DNA of 64,000 nucleotides from an uncultured Lachnospiraceae bacterium (GTDB lineage Bacteria > Bacillota > Clostridia > Lachnospirales > Lachnospiraceae), in contig CAMOJK010000001.1 in NCBI GenBank assembly GCA_946616835.1, positions 8,894-72,893 of the forward strand, written 5' to 3'. The position numbers were made by a program, and so were the translations under genes. Shown here piece after piece: positions 1 to 8,400 of this stretch (positions are counted from its first letter, which is position 1; each line of letters begins with the position of its first letter). The notes below the pieces were generated by a model. It was not told where the DNA came from and searched no databases. It was given only the letters and a program-made list of their open reading frames with translations.

Positions 1-1098
1 TACATAGAGAAGTATCTTACAGAGCATGAGGAACGGAAGCTGAATCTTTCGGCAACGCTTGATGCTTCGTCTGCCTATGCTGATGCCGATTATGTAGTCA
101 TTGCGGCACCGACTAATTACGATCCAAGGAAGAATTTCTTTGATACCTCGGCCGTGGAAAATGTCATCTCGGCGGTTTTGGCAGCTAATAATTCGGCGCT
201 AATGGTTATTAAATCCACTGTTCCTGTGGGATACACCGAATCGGTCCGGGAGAAGTTTCATACTAAGAATATCATATTCAGCCCGGAATTTCTCCGTGAA
301 TCGAAGGCGCTCTACGACAATCTGTATCCAAGCAGGATAATTGTGGGAACCACCGACAGCACAAGGGCTAAGGCGGAGATATTTGCAGGGCTACTTAAGG
401 ATGCGGCAGAAAAGCCTGATGTTGATGTTCTTTTAATGGGGCTTACAGAAGCTGAAGCGGTGAAGCTCTTTGCCAACACTTACCTTGCACTCAGGGTATC
501 ATATTTTAACGAGTTGGATACTTATGCGGAGATGAAGGGGCTTAATACAAGTGATATTATCAAAGGCATAAGCCTTGATCCCAGGATAGGCGACTACTAC
601 AATAACCCTAGTTTCGGTTATGGCGGATACTGTCTTCCCAAGGATACAAAACAGCTGCTGGCTAATTACCACAATGTTCCGCAGAACATGATATCTGCCA
701 TTGTAGAGAGTAACAGGACCAGAAAGGATTTCATAGCAGACAGGGTGCTTGATATTGCAGGACTTTACGGAAATTCAGAGGAGTACACCCACAGAAGGGA
801 AGAACAGACTGGAAATATAGTGGTGGGTGTCTATAGACTGACTATGAAGTCCAATTCCGACAACTTTAGGCAGAGCAGCATACAGGGCGTCATGAAGAGA
901 ATCAAGGCAAAGGGAGCTACCGTGATTGTATATGAACCGACATTGGAAGATGGAAGTACCTTTTTTGGGTCCGTGGTCGTAAATGATTTGGAAAAGTTCA
1001 AAAATAAGAGCAATGCCATAATTGCTAACCGTTACGAATCGGTATTAGATGATGTTAAGGAAAAGGTGTATACGAGGGATCTGTTTAGGCGGGATTGA
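1..1098 (+). CDS. ugd: UDP-glucose 6-dehydrogenase (5' partial; frame open from base 1)
   Basis: [44 protein letters not shown] (catalytic Cys), KSNSDNFR and C-terminal [11 protein letters not shown] motifs. Confidence 0.96.
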   Translation, partial: YIEKYLTEHEERKLNLSATLDASSAYADADYVVIAAPTNYDPRKNFFDTSAVENVISAVLAANNSALMVIKSTVPVGYTESVREKFHTKNIIFSPEFLRESKALYDNLYPSRIIVGTTDSTRAKAEIFAGLLKDAAEKPDVDVLLMGLTEAEAVKLFANTYLALRVSYFNELDTYAEMKGLNTSDIIKGISLDPRIGDYYNNPSFGYGGYCLPKDTKQLLANYHNVPQNMISAIVESNRTRKDFIADRVLDIAGLYGNSEEYTHRREEQTGNIVVGVYRLTMKSNSDNFRQSSIQGVMKRIKAKGATVIVYEPTLEDGSTFFGSVVVNDLEKFKNKSNAIIANRYESVLDDVKEKVYTRDLFRRD

Positions 1099-1162
1099 GC
1101 CATTAAATGACGAAGCGCTAGCAGAAACATTGTACAAATGATACTGTGGAATGATGACTATA

Positions 1163-1363
1163 GCGGAGCTGGAAATACTAACATCTGTTAATTTAGTCAG
1201 AAAAGGTGTACAATGCTCTGTTGTATTAAATATTACATGTGATTTTGTATACAGGAACCCGATAATCCCATAGGATGAGCAACTCTCCCATGGGTGAGCC
1301 TCGAAGGATATAGCGGCAGCCAGTGGGCAGTGCCTTGCGGTGTTGTATGGAGTGGCTATGGGC
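1163..1363 (+). repeat. ~200-bp non-coding element, copy 1 (-10-like TACAAT at 1209-1214, then structured leader)
   Basis: Aligns with 3989-4188 (core GATTTTGTATAC-R-GAACCCGATAATCCCATAGGATGAGCAACTCTCCC); hairpins at 1267-1294 and 1327-1346. Confidence 0.9.
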
Positions 1364-1525
1364 CTGAGGGACTTTGGTCGCTTCAGAGAATGTATACAGA
1401 CTGACAGATAAAAAAAGCGAAATGCATTGATGATTATTAGGAGATGGCGGTACCCTCGGAAAAAAGATGGTACTTCCATCATATGTATGAGCTGAAATTA
1501 TTCTTACAAAAAAGGAGAAACAGAA

Positions 1526-2197
1526 TTGACTAGATTTTTTGACATATTATTTTCATTATTGGCAGTAATAGTGTTAACCCCTTTCATGATTCCTATCATG
1601 ATAGGCCTGAAGCTAACCGGTGAGCATGACATATTCTACAGGCAGGAAAGGATCGGGAAGGGCGGCAAGCCATTCAATCTTCTTAAGTTTGCCACGATGT
1701 TACGGAACAGTCCGAATATGGCGGGCGGGTTCTACACGGCAGAAAATGATCCCAGAATACTTCCCATGGGAAAATTCCTCCGCAAGACCAAAATCAACGA
1801 GCTTCCTCAGCTGCTTAACATACTTAAGGGCGACATGAGTGTGATAGGCTACAGGCCCCAGGTGAAGAAGCAGTATGATTCATACAGCGAGGATGTCAGG
1901 GCTGCGCTGGCAAAGAGCCGTCCGGGCTTGTCCGGAATCGGTCCGATAGTATTCAGGTCGGAGGAAGAAATCCTGCAGCAGTTCAAGACTCATGAAGAGC
2001 GGGATGAATTTTATAAAAATGTGATTACCCCATACAAGGGCCAGCTGGAAGTCTGGTACAGTGAGAACCGAAGTGTGGGCATGTACTTCAGGCTGATATT
2101 TATGACGGTCGAAGTGGTGCTGGATCCTAAGAGCAAGGGGTGGAAGAAGCTTAAAGGGATTCCTAAGGCTCCGGCAGAACTGGAGAAGTATCTGTAA
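1526..2197 (+). CDS. Priming sugar transferase (short polyprenyl glycosylphosphotransferase, Bac_transf family)
   Basis: RFFDI N-terminus with one TM; FYRQERIG, KFATM, DPRI, LRKTKINELPQL, GDMSVIGYRP, RPGLSG; GGAG RBS before TTG start. Confidence 0.92.
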   Translation: MTRFFDILFSLLAVIVLTPFMIPIMIGLKLTGEHDIFYRQERIGKGGKPFNLLKFATMLRNSPNMAGGFYTAENDPRILPMGKFLRKTKINELPQLLNILKGDMSVIGYRPQVKKQYDSYSEDVRAALAKSRPGLSGIGPIVFRSEEEILQQFKTHEERDEFYKNVITPYKGQLEVWYSENRSVGMYFRLIFMTVEVVLDPKSKGWKKLKGIPKAPAELEKYL

Positions 2198-2260
2198 GGA
2201 AGCCTGGAAAATTCGCTAAATGTAAGGTGAATTCATTACATAAGAAGGCAGATGGAAACT

Positions 2261-2338
2261 ATGATTACAGGCATTTATTATGTAGCGATTTTAATTTCTT
2301 CTGAAGAATGTCTGGATTTCCATAAGAGGTTAATTTAA
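2261..2338 (+). pseudogene. 5' remnant of VOC/glyoxalase gene (25 codons)
   Basis: MITGIYYVAILISSEECLDFHKRLI* versus MITGIHHIALLVSSEECLDFYKKLG of the intact gene at 4335; upstream GGCAGATGGAA also shared. Confidence 0.88.
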
Positions 2339-2366
2339 ATAATAATTACATGGGGACAAATGTGAA

Positions 2367-2774
2367 TTGGAACAGAAATATCCGGATTATTTCCCGCAGG
2401 GCTGCCCGCCGGCAGATGCCGAAAAGGGAGATAAAGAGTTATATAGATTTTGTAAAGGAATAACAACTGAGAAAAGCGATTTTGTATCTTACTACATAAA
2501 CAACCCTGAAAAGTATAAGAATAAAGTGAATAGTTATGGCTTGTCGGTTTTTGGAAGTATCGATGATTGTTTGTCAGCATATAGAAAATCGCCGTATATA
2601 TTTGGAAAGTATCGGTCCATTTCTAAGGGTACTACAAATATAGAAAGAGGCTCGTATAAGAACACACCATCTAAAACAAATCCGGCACATATAACATGGT
2701 GGGTGTGTGATGGAGTAAAGCCAGAGACATTTTTTGTAACAGTTCATGTGATGGGGAATGAAAGCAATGGATGA
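2367..2774 (+). CDS. Hypothetical protein, possible ADP-ribosyltransferase-like toxin (CPPxDA family)
   Basis: 135 aa; FPxxCPPxDA, LYR, DFxS, GLSV and HxTWW motifs in ART-like order; overlaps the next gene. Confidence 0.55.
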   Translation: MEQKYPDYFPQGCPPADAEKGDKELYRFCKGITTEKSDFVSYYINNPEKYKNKVNSYGLSVFGSIDDCLSAYRKSPYIFGKYRSISKGTTNIERGSYKNTPSKTNPAHITWWVCDGVKPETFFVTVHVMGNESNG

Positions 2775-3390
2775 CCGTGAATTGAAAGTTAAAGGAATAG
2801 GAATTCTGACTTCGGAGAAAATCTATTTGTACTATGAGGAACCGCTGATTTTTTTGAGCAGAGATAAGTTAGAAAACAGATATCTTATGATCAGACAGGC
2901 GGATGAAAATCCGGTTTGGCTTGGGGTTGCTGTTTCATCCAAAAGACTCGGAGAGTTAGAGAGTAACCGGATAGAAATCAGAAGTGCCTTTCTTGATCCG
3001 GAGAATGGTTATGTGTTGAAGGTGTCAGAGACAAGTGATTTGTGTGATGTGGAGTATCTGACTGCTGATGAATTGAAGGCGGATATGCTTCCTTTTCCGG
3101 GAGAGTATTTGGATTATGATGTATCGGAAAAAGATGCACCTTTAGATACTTTGCTGGCGGTGTACAAAAATGCCACTTCGAAATTAGGGGTTTCTGTAGA
3201 AGATATCAAATCTTTTAGCCCCCAGTGTATGAGAAAGCATATTGAACAAAAAAGCGGTGAAAAGATTCGCTTTATTTCAGAGTTTCCGACTATTGGGCGA
3301 GGGAATGTGCTGAGAGACAACATCATTACAAGAGAAGTGCTTGACAGAGAAATCGATGGATTATTAGGAATAGGTAGCAATAATGACTGA
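2767..3390 (+). CDS. DUF6575-like protein with extra ~85-aa C-terminal domain
   Basis: YLYYEEPLIF...RYL...WL...VSxxRL...IEIRSAFLDPE pattern; tail FISEFPTIGRGNVLRD; ATG 2767 has better RBS spacing than 2758. Confidence 0.55.
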   Translation: MDDRELKVKGIGILTSEKIYLYYEEPLIFLSRDKLENRYLMIRQADENPVWLGVAVSSKRLGELESNRIEIRSAFLDPENGYVLKVSETSDLCDVEYLTADELKADMLPFPGEYLDYDVSEKDAPLDTLLAVYKNATSKLGVSVEDIKSFSPQCMRKHIEQKSGEKIRFISEFPTIGRGNVLRDNIITREVLDREIDGLLGIGSNND

Positions 3391-3835
3391 AAAGGATGTA
3401 TATATTTTTTATAATGAAAGGGTTAAGGTCGCGTATAGCGAGATTGAAGCAAGAGGAAACGCGCTTCCAATAGAACTGTTATTTGAAATTAATTCTGCGT
3501 TTGATCATCTGAAGCGGTATCATGTGGACGGACAAAGCGAAGAAGAAGCTGCACAGAAGGCATATGCACATTTAAAAAGAGGTGTTTTGGATGCGTATAA
3601 AATAAAGCTGAAGTACTTTAATGAGGAGTATCAGAAACTATTTTCAGACAGTGAGAACAAATGCAAGAACAATGATACTGAATGTATACACAATGCTATA
3701 AGGGATCGAAAAAAGATATCTGAATTAGCCACAAAAGCAAGATTATCAGAAGGTAGTGATGATGTATCGGATGCGTTTGACGGATGGTATGCAGTTTCGA
3801 TTCAAATAGATGAATTTGAAAAGAAGTATTTCTAG
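3383..3835 (+). CDS. Hypothetical alpha-helical protein (HEPN-like or His-rich bundle), related to 10109-10672
   Basis: LPIELLFEINSAFDH...HLKRGVLD motif; overlaps upstream gene by 8 bp. Confidence 0.6.
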   Translation: MTEKDVYIFYNERVKVAYSEIEARGNALPIELLFEINSAFDHLKRYHVDGQSEEEAAQKAYAHLKRGVLDAYKIKLKYFNEEYQKLFSDSENKCKNNDTECIHNAIRDRKKISELATKARLSEGSDDVSDAFDGWYAVSIQIDEFEKKYF

Positions 3836-3891
3836 CTGATAGCGTAATTGGTTGTGATTAGCTACAAAATGGTTGAGAGTTAAGGTTTAAT

Positions 3892-3940
3892 AAGGCAGGC
3901 TTATCCATTATAATCGTATGTGGTGAAGCTTGCCTTTTTT
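3892..3940 (+). terminator. Rho-independent terminator after the 3-gene cargo
   Basis: AAGGCAGGCTT...AAGCTTGCCTT stem ending in a T6 run. Confidence 0.75.
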
Positions 3941-3988
3941 GGTGGCAAGGCCTAACGCAGTGAGCCTTAAATATTCTTAAATACTCCT

Positions 3989-4188
3989 GCGGAGTAGGAA
4001 TCATTAATATCTGTTAATTTATTCAGAAAAGGTGTATAATTATCCGTTGTACCAAATAATGAGAGCGATTTTGTATACAAGAACCCGATAATCCCATAGG
4101 ATGAGCAACTCTCCCTGGGTGAGTCTCGGAGGACATAGCGGCAGCGGTTAGGCAGTACCTTTTGGTATTGCATGGCGGGGCTATGGGC
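3989..4188 (+). repeat. ~200-bp non-coding element, copy 2 (TATAAT at 4035-4040, then structured leader)
   Basis: Direct repeat of 1163-1363; hairpin GCAGTACC-TTTT-GGTATTGC at 4152-4171. Confidence 0.9.
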
Positions 4189-4192
4189 TTGG

Positions 4193-4275
4193 CGTATTCC
4201 ATAGGTAGGGACGGATTGTGAATGGCGGCATGCCATTTAATCTACTTAAAATGTCGCTATGCTGGCGAACATGGC
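4193..4275 (+). pseudogene. Decayed internal remnant of the priming sugar transferase
   Basis: TATTCCATAGGTAGGGACGGATTGTGAATGGCGGCATGCCATTTAATCTACTTAAA aligns to TATTCTACAGGCAGGAAAGGATCGGGAAGGGCGGCAAGCCATTCAATCTTCTTAAG (~1632-1690). Confidence 0.75.
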
Positions 4276-4334
4276 AAGCCTGCCAAATGTAAATGGAGGT
4301 TCATTGTATACGAGAGAGGGCAGATGGAAGGACT

Positions 4335-4691
4335 ATGATTACAGGCATTCATCATATAGCACTTCTTGTTTCTTCCGAGGAATGCCTGGACTTCTATAAG
4401 AAGCTAGGTTTTACGGAGACATTCCGTAAGGAGCGTGCAAAGGATAAAATCATCCTATTAGATGGCTATGGAATGCAGCTGGAAGTATTTATCGATAATA
4501 GTCATCCAGTAAAACTGACGGGTACAGACGAGCCTCTAGGCTGTAGGCATTTTGCATTGCGTGTGGATAATCTGGAAAGCACATTAGCTGAGTTGAAACT
4601 GAATCACACAGACATAAGAACCGATTGGCAGGGAATTAGATACTGCTATATCACTGATCCTGATGGAAATCAGGTGGAGTTGCATGAGTAG
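4335..4691 (+). CDS. VOC (glyoxalase/bleomycin-resistance) family protein
   Basis: IHHIAL, FYKKLGF, LEVF, RHFALRVD, YITDPDGNQVEL. Confidence 0.92.
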   Translation: MITGIHHIALLVSSEECLDFYKKLGFTETFRKERAKDKIILLDGYGMQLEVFIDNSHPVKLTGTDEPLGCRHFALRVDNLESTLAELKLNHTDIRTDWQGIRYCYITDPDGNQVELHE

Positions 4692-4713
4692 TTATATCGA
4701 GGAAGATTATATC

Positions 4714-5439
4714 ATGGAGATTTTCAAAGATAATGAAATAATTACTTCTCCGAGTTGGGCTAATAAAGTCGAAGCTGCAAATAAAATAGATTTTTCTTTA
4801 GCGGAAATCAATAAGATGCTCGATGCTTGGCAGAAAGAAGAAAAATTATTTTTGTCAGAGAATGCCATTAAAAGTCTTTTTGATGACGAAACAAATGGCA
4901 TTTCACACAAGGAAGAAAAGGAACTTTGTAAGATTTGTTTGGTTAATCAGGTTTATGGGACCAACCTATATTTGGATGATATTGTACAGCTTGCTAAGTA
5001 TCTGTCTGAAAATGCTGGTGTGCTTAATGAAAAGCTTCATGCTGGAAATATAGAGATAATAAATGACATTACATGCTCAATCAAAGATACAAGAGGAAAG
5101 TATTGTTATTCTTTTGCAACGAAATATTGTGGTTTTGCAGCGCCTGAAAAAAAGACAGACAGTTTCCCAATTTATGATAGTTATATGTCAGCTTTGTACA
5201 AAACGAGAGCCGACTTTTGGAATCCAAACAAAGTGAAGGGATTTTACAAGTACGATTTTGATTCGTGGGAAGGGAATCCTGAACATGATAATAGACGATA
5301 TGGGAAGTATAGAGAAGCTGTATATATGATGAGAGATGAAATTGCAAATGTTAAGAATCTAACGATTAAGCAATTAGATCAGTATCTTTGGAAAGCTATG
5401 AAAGATTATTCTACTGCTTTGGCAAATAATCCATGCTAA
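4714..5439 (+). CDS. Hypothetical protein, HhH-GPD DNA glycosylase-like (alternative start 4684)
   Basis: NQVYGTN, YSFATKYC...FPIYDS, LDQYLW; Lys-to-Asp spacing of 18 as in endonuclease III-type enzymes. Confidence 0.55.
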   Translation: MEIFKDNEIITSPSWANKVEAANKIDFSLAEINKMLDAWQKEEKLFLSENAIKSLFDDETNGISHKEEKELCKICLVNQVYGTNLYLDDIVQLAKYLSENAGVLNEKLHAGNIEIINDITCSIKDTRGKYCYSFATKYCGFAAPEKKTDSFPIYDSYMSALYKTRADFWNPNKVKGFYKYDFDSWEGNPEHDNRRYGKYREAVYMMRDEIANVKNLTIKQLDQYLWKAMKDYSTALANNPC

Positions 5440-5814
5440 ATGCATGTGACATGAGAGATATGGCGATAAGACCAGAAGCAACTAAACTAATGATATGCTG
5501 TTGAGATTTACAAATAGGGATTAGCAGTAGTACTAACAGAGTATATACTTTTATACAAGTGATTTTTACATACAAGAATTGTGATATTAAAAGTGTAAGC
5601 TGCTAAATGTGATAGAAATATAGGTAAGGTTTTGCGGGCATATGGGTATTTGTTTAAAAGAATAAGCAATTAAATTTCGGCAGAAGAATCTTGTCAAAGT
5701 ACAGGAACTGTGATGCGCTAGAAAAGCGGTTTCTTACTGAAAAACTTTTTCGTTGGAAACACATGGAGAGTATGTTCGAAAGAATCTCTATAAAATAAAA
5801 AAGGAGCGATTGAA

Positions 5815-6546
5815 ATGGCACAGTGTACAGCACCAATAAGAGGACATAGATCCGAGGCAGCAGCGGAGGCTTGTCCAGTTTGTGGAGGGCGTGGACGATA
5901 TTATTCGTCATTCATGTCATATCAGTCCTATGGCTATAATCCTTATTCAAAGAGTAGTTCAAGTATATCAAACGCACATAGCTCTTCAAGTTCATCTACA
6001 TCATCTACTTCTTTGAAGAAAAGAGCCAGATGGTCACCATCGGGGTCAACAGTTCTTTATACGCCAGCGCAGTTACGGACACTTGAACCTGTGCGAAATA
6101 ATATTCTAAAGCAACCGAAGACCCCGGAAAAATATGATATGTTTTTATGCCATGCTTGGGACGACAGAAAGGAAGCGGCGAAGGATTTGTACGATAAGCT
6201 GACGGCAAGGGGAATTAATGTCTGGTTCAGCGAAAAAGACCTGCAGTTAGGAACTAATATGTTACGTGAAATCGATAAAGGATTGTCTAAATCTCGTGTT
6301 GGGCTTGTTCTTGTAACACCGGCTCTTTTGACGAAAATTGAAGAGGAGGGAGTTGCCGAGAAAGAGTTATCAGCACTGTTGGCAAAAGACAGGCTTATTC
6401 CTATTGTGCACAATACGACATATGATGCACTCCGAGATATTAGTCCGCTTTTGGGTTCAAGAAGCGGACTTGACACGAGTGAGGATTCGATGGATGAAAT
6501 AGCGGCAAAACTTGCCGAATTGTTTACTGAAGAGGCTGAAGAATGA
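5815..6546 (+). CDS. TIR-domain protein with N-terminal C-x6-H-x8-C-x2-C motif and Ser-rich linker
   Basis: YDMFLCHAWDD, VWFSE, IDKGLSKSRVGLVLVT, EKEL (putative catalytic Glu), LIPIVH; AAGGAG RBS. Confidence 0.88.
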   Translation: MAQCTAPIRGHRSEAAAEACPVCGGRGRYYSSFMSYQSYGYNPYSKSSSSISNAHSSSSSSTSSTSLKKRARWSPSGSTVLYTPAQLRTLEPVRNNILKQPKTPEKYDMFLCHAWDDRKEAAKDLYDKLTARGINVWFSEKDLQLGTNMLREIDKGLSKSRVGLVLVTPALLTKIEEEGVAEKELSALLAKDRLIPIVHNTTYDALRDISPLLGSRSGLDTSEDSMDEIAAKLAELFTEEAEE

Positions 6547-7433
6547 AAAGAATCCTGATAACCGGAGCAAATTCATATATAGGCGCAAGCTTTGAGGTAT
6601 ATGTTAAAGCGCATTATTCACAAGAGTTTAAGGTCGATACCATTGACATGATCGATGGTACCTGGCGTGAGGCAGACTTCTCATCCTATGATGTAATCTT
6701 CCATGTGGCAGGTCTCGCTCATGCTGATGTAGGAAAAGTGGATGAAGCCATAAAGCAGAAGTACTACGCCATAAATACGGACCTTGCAATAGAGACCGCT
6801 AAGAAAGCAAAGGCAGATGGCGTAAAACAGTTTGTCTTTATGAGTTCAGCCATAATATATGGTGATTCTGCACCTTATGGCAAGAAAAAGTGTATAACAA
6901 AAGATACAAAGCCGCATCCTTCAAATTTCTATGGTGATAGTAAGTGGCAGGCTGATAAGGGGATAAGAAAACTGGCGGATGAAAATTTTGTTACGACAGT
7001 TTTGCGTCCGCCTATGATATATGGTAAAGGGAGTAAGGGAAACTATCCTACATTGGCAAAGATGGCTAAGAAGTTGCCAGTTTTTCCTGATGTACAAAAC
7101 GAAAGATCTATGCTATATATAGAAAATCTCTGTGAATTTCTCTGTCAGGTAATGCTTCGTGGCAAGGGTGGGGTATTCTGGCCTCAAAATAGTGAGTACA
7201 GTAGGACAAGTCAGCTTGTAAAAATAATCGCGAAGACAAACAAACATGGAATCATAGTCAGTAAGGTATTCAACCCGTTTGTTTTTATAGCGGCAAGATT
7301 TCCTGGAAAAATTGGAGGACTGGCAAATAAAGCATTTGGAAATCTATCCTATGAAAAAAAAATGTCGAGTTATGATTTCGATTATCAGACTGTAGATTTG
7401 GAAGAAAGTATAAAGCGGACGGAGACTAATTAA
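6543..7433 (+). CDS. NAD-dependent epimerase/dehydratase (UDP-sugar 4-epimerase/reductase)
   Basis: ILITGANSYIG, FHVAGLAH, YGDSK (YxxxK), RPPMIYG. Confidence 0.92.
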   Translation: MKRILITGANSYIGASFEVYVKAHYSQEFKVDTIDMIDGTWREADFSSYDVIFHVAGLAHADVGKVDEAIKQKYYAINTDLAIETAKKAKADGVKQFVFMSSAIIYGDSAPYGKKKCITKDTKPHPSNFYGDSKWQADKGIRKLADENFVTTVLRPPMIYGKGSKGNYPTLAKMAKKLPVFPDVQNERSMLYIENLCEFLCQVMLRGKGGVFWPQNSEYSRTSQLVKIIAKTNKHGIIVSKVFNPFVFIAARFPGKIGGLANKAFGNLSYEKKMSSYDFDYQTVDLEESIKRTETN

Positions 7434-7435
7434 TT

Positions 7436-8266
7436 ATGCATAAAAAGCTATTATCACGTTTTCCAACTGAAAAATTGATATTTCATAAGCCTTCTGGACA
7501 AACATATGTTGTTGAAGGGCTGGTGGGGACAAATAGCGCTATTATGAGTGAAGATGTTACGATTCCTATTGAGCCAGATGATTATTTTGAACGATTCATA
7601 CCTAATGGCATTAAAGAGTATTTTAAGGTTACTGATACAGGATATATTAAGGGCACATCGGGGATTCCAGATCATTATCAGACAAAGGTTGTAAAGATGA
7701 AAGCTGATCAATTGATGTTTGAGAGTCAAAGCGAAGACAGAATAGGGTATAAAGAGCATAATGCAAAAAGAAATCAGATTTTTATCTCACATAGGACAAC
7801 GGATGTCCCAGTTGCAGAAATGATAAAAGATTTCCTTGTAAATACGGGTATTCAAAATGAGAAAGTGTTTTGTTCGTTCCTTCCAGGCAATGATGTGAAT
7901 GTGAAAATATCAAGTGGGTTAAAAGAAAGATTTAATAATTGTGCTGTAATTATTCTGATACTTTCTAAAGACTACTATAACAGTCCTTATTGTTTGAATG
8001 AAGCGGGTATAGCGTGGTATCTTGATGCTGAAGTTGTGTCCATTCCCATAGGTTTGCCAGAAATTGACCACAGTAAGAAGGTAGGACTTTTTAATAACGA
8101 ATACAAGCTGAGAAGACTTGATAGCGAAGGTGATGTTTCGTACATGTATGATGTAGTCCATGAAAGATTGAAATCGAAAAATATGAAACATAGCATAATT
8201 ACACAGGAAATAAAAAAACTTGCAGATAGGTATGCTATGTATATAGCCGAGAAAAAAATTGTGTAA
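7436..8266 (+). CDS. TIR-domain protein with N-terminal beta-rich domain of unknown function
   Basis: QIFISH, VFCS, ILILSKDYYNSPYCLNEAG TIR_2 motifs; N-terminal ~90 aa IEPDDYFER.PNG..EYFKV...HYQ. Confidence 0.85.
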   Translation: MHKKLLSRFPTEKLIFHKPSGQTYVVEGLVGTNSAIMSEDVTIPIEPDDYFERFIPNGIKEYFKVTDTGYIKGTSGIPDHYQTKVVKMKADQLMFESQSEDRIGYKEHNAKRNQIFISHRTTDVPVAEMIKDFLVNTGIQNEKVFCSFLPGNDVNVKISSGLKERFNNCAVIILILSKDYYNSPYCLNEAGIAWYLDAEVVSIPIGLPEIDHSKKVGLFNNEYKLRRLDSEGDVSYMYDVVHERLKSKNMKHSIITQEIKKLADRYAMYIAEKKIV

Positions 8267-8400
8267 TTGTATTTAAAAAGTATATTTGTTGCATAATAGC
8301 AGAATTGAGATAAAGTGCTTTATACGAAGCATGTTGCGTGGAAGAGAGGGAAAGTGGCAAAATATATGGAAAGAAAAATGAAAATAAGGAAGACTTGTAG

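Noticed and set aside
1045-4236. Minus-strand ORFs 1045-1482 and 3967-4236 share the peptide ESCSSYGIIGFLYTKS
   Set aside because: The similarity is a by-product of the DNA repeat; a 1-nt indel between copies shifts the frame, and substitutions fit RNA pairing on the + strand instead of codon conservation
5815-8266. Two TIR genes as a Thoeris system
   Set aside because: No ThsA-type effector (SIR2-SLOG, TM-macro) visible and the TIRs are separated by an epimerase
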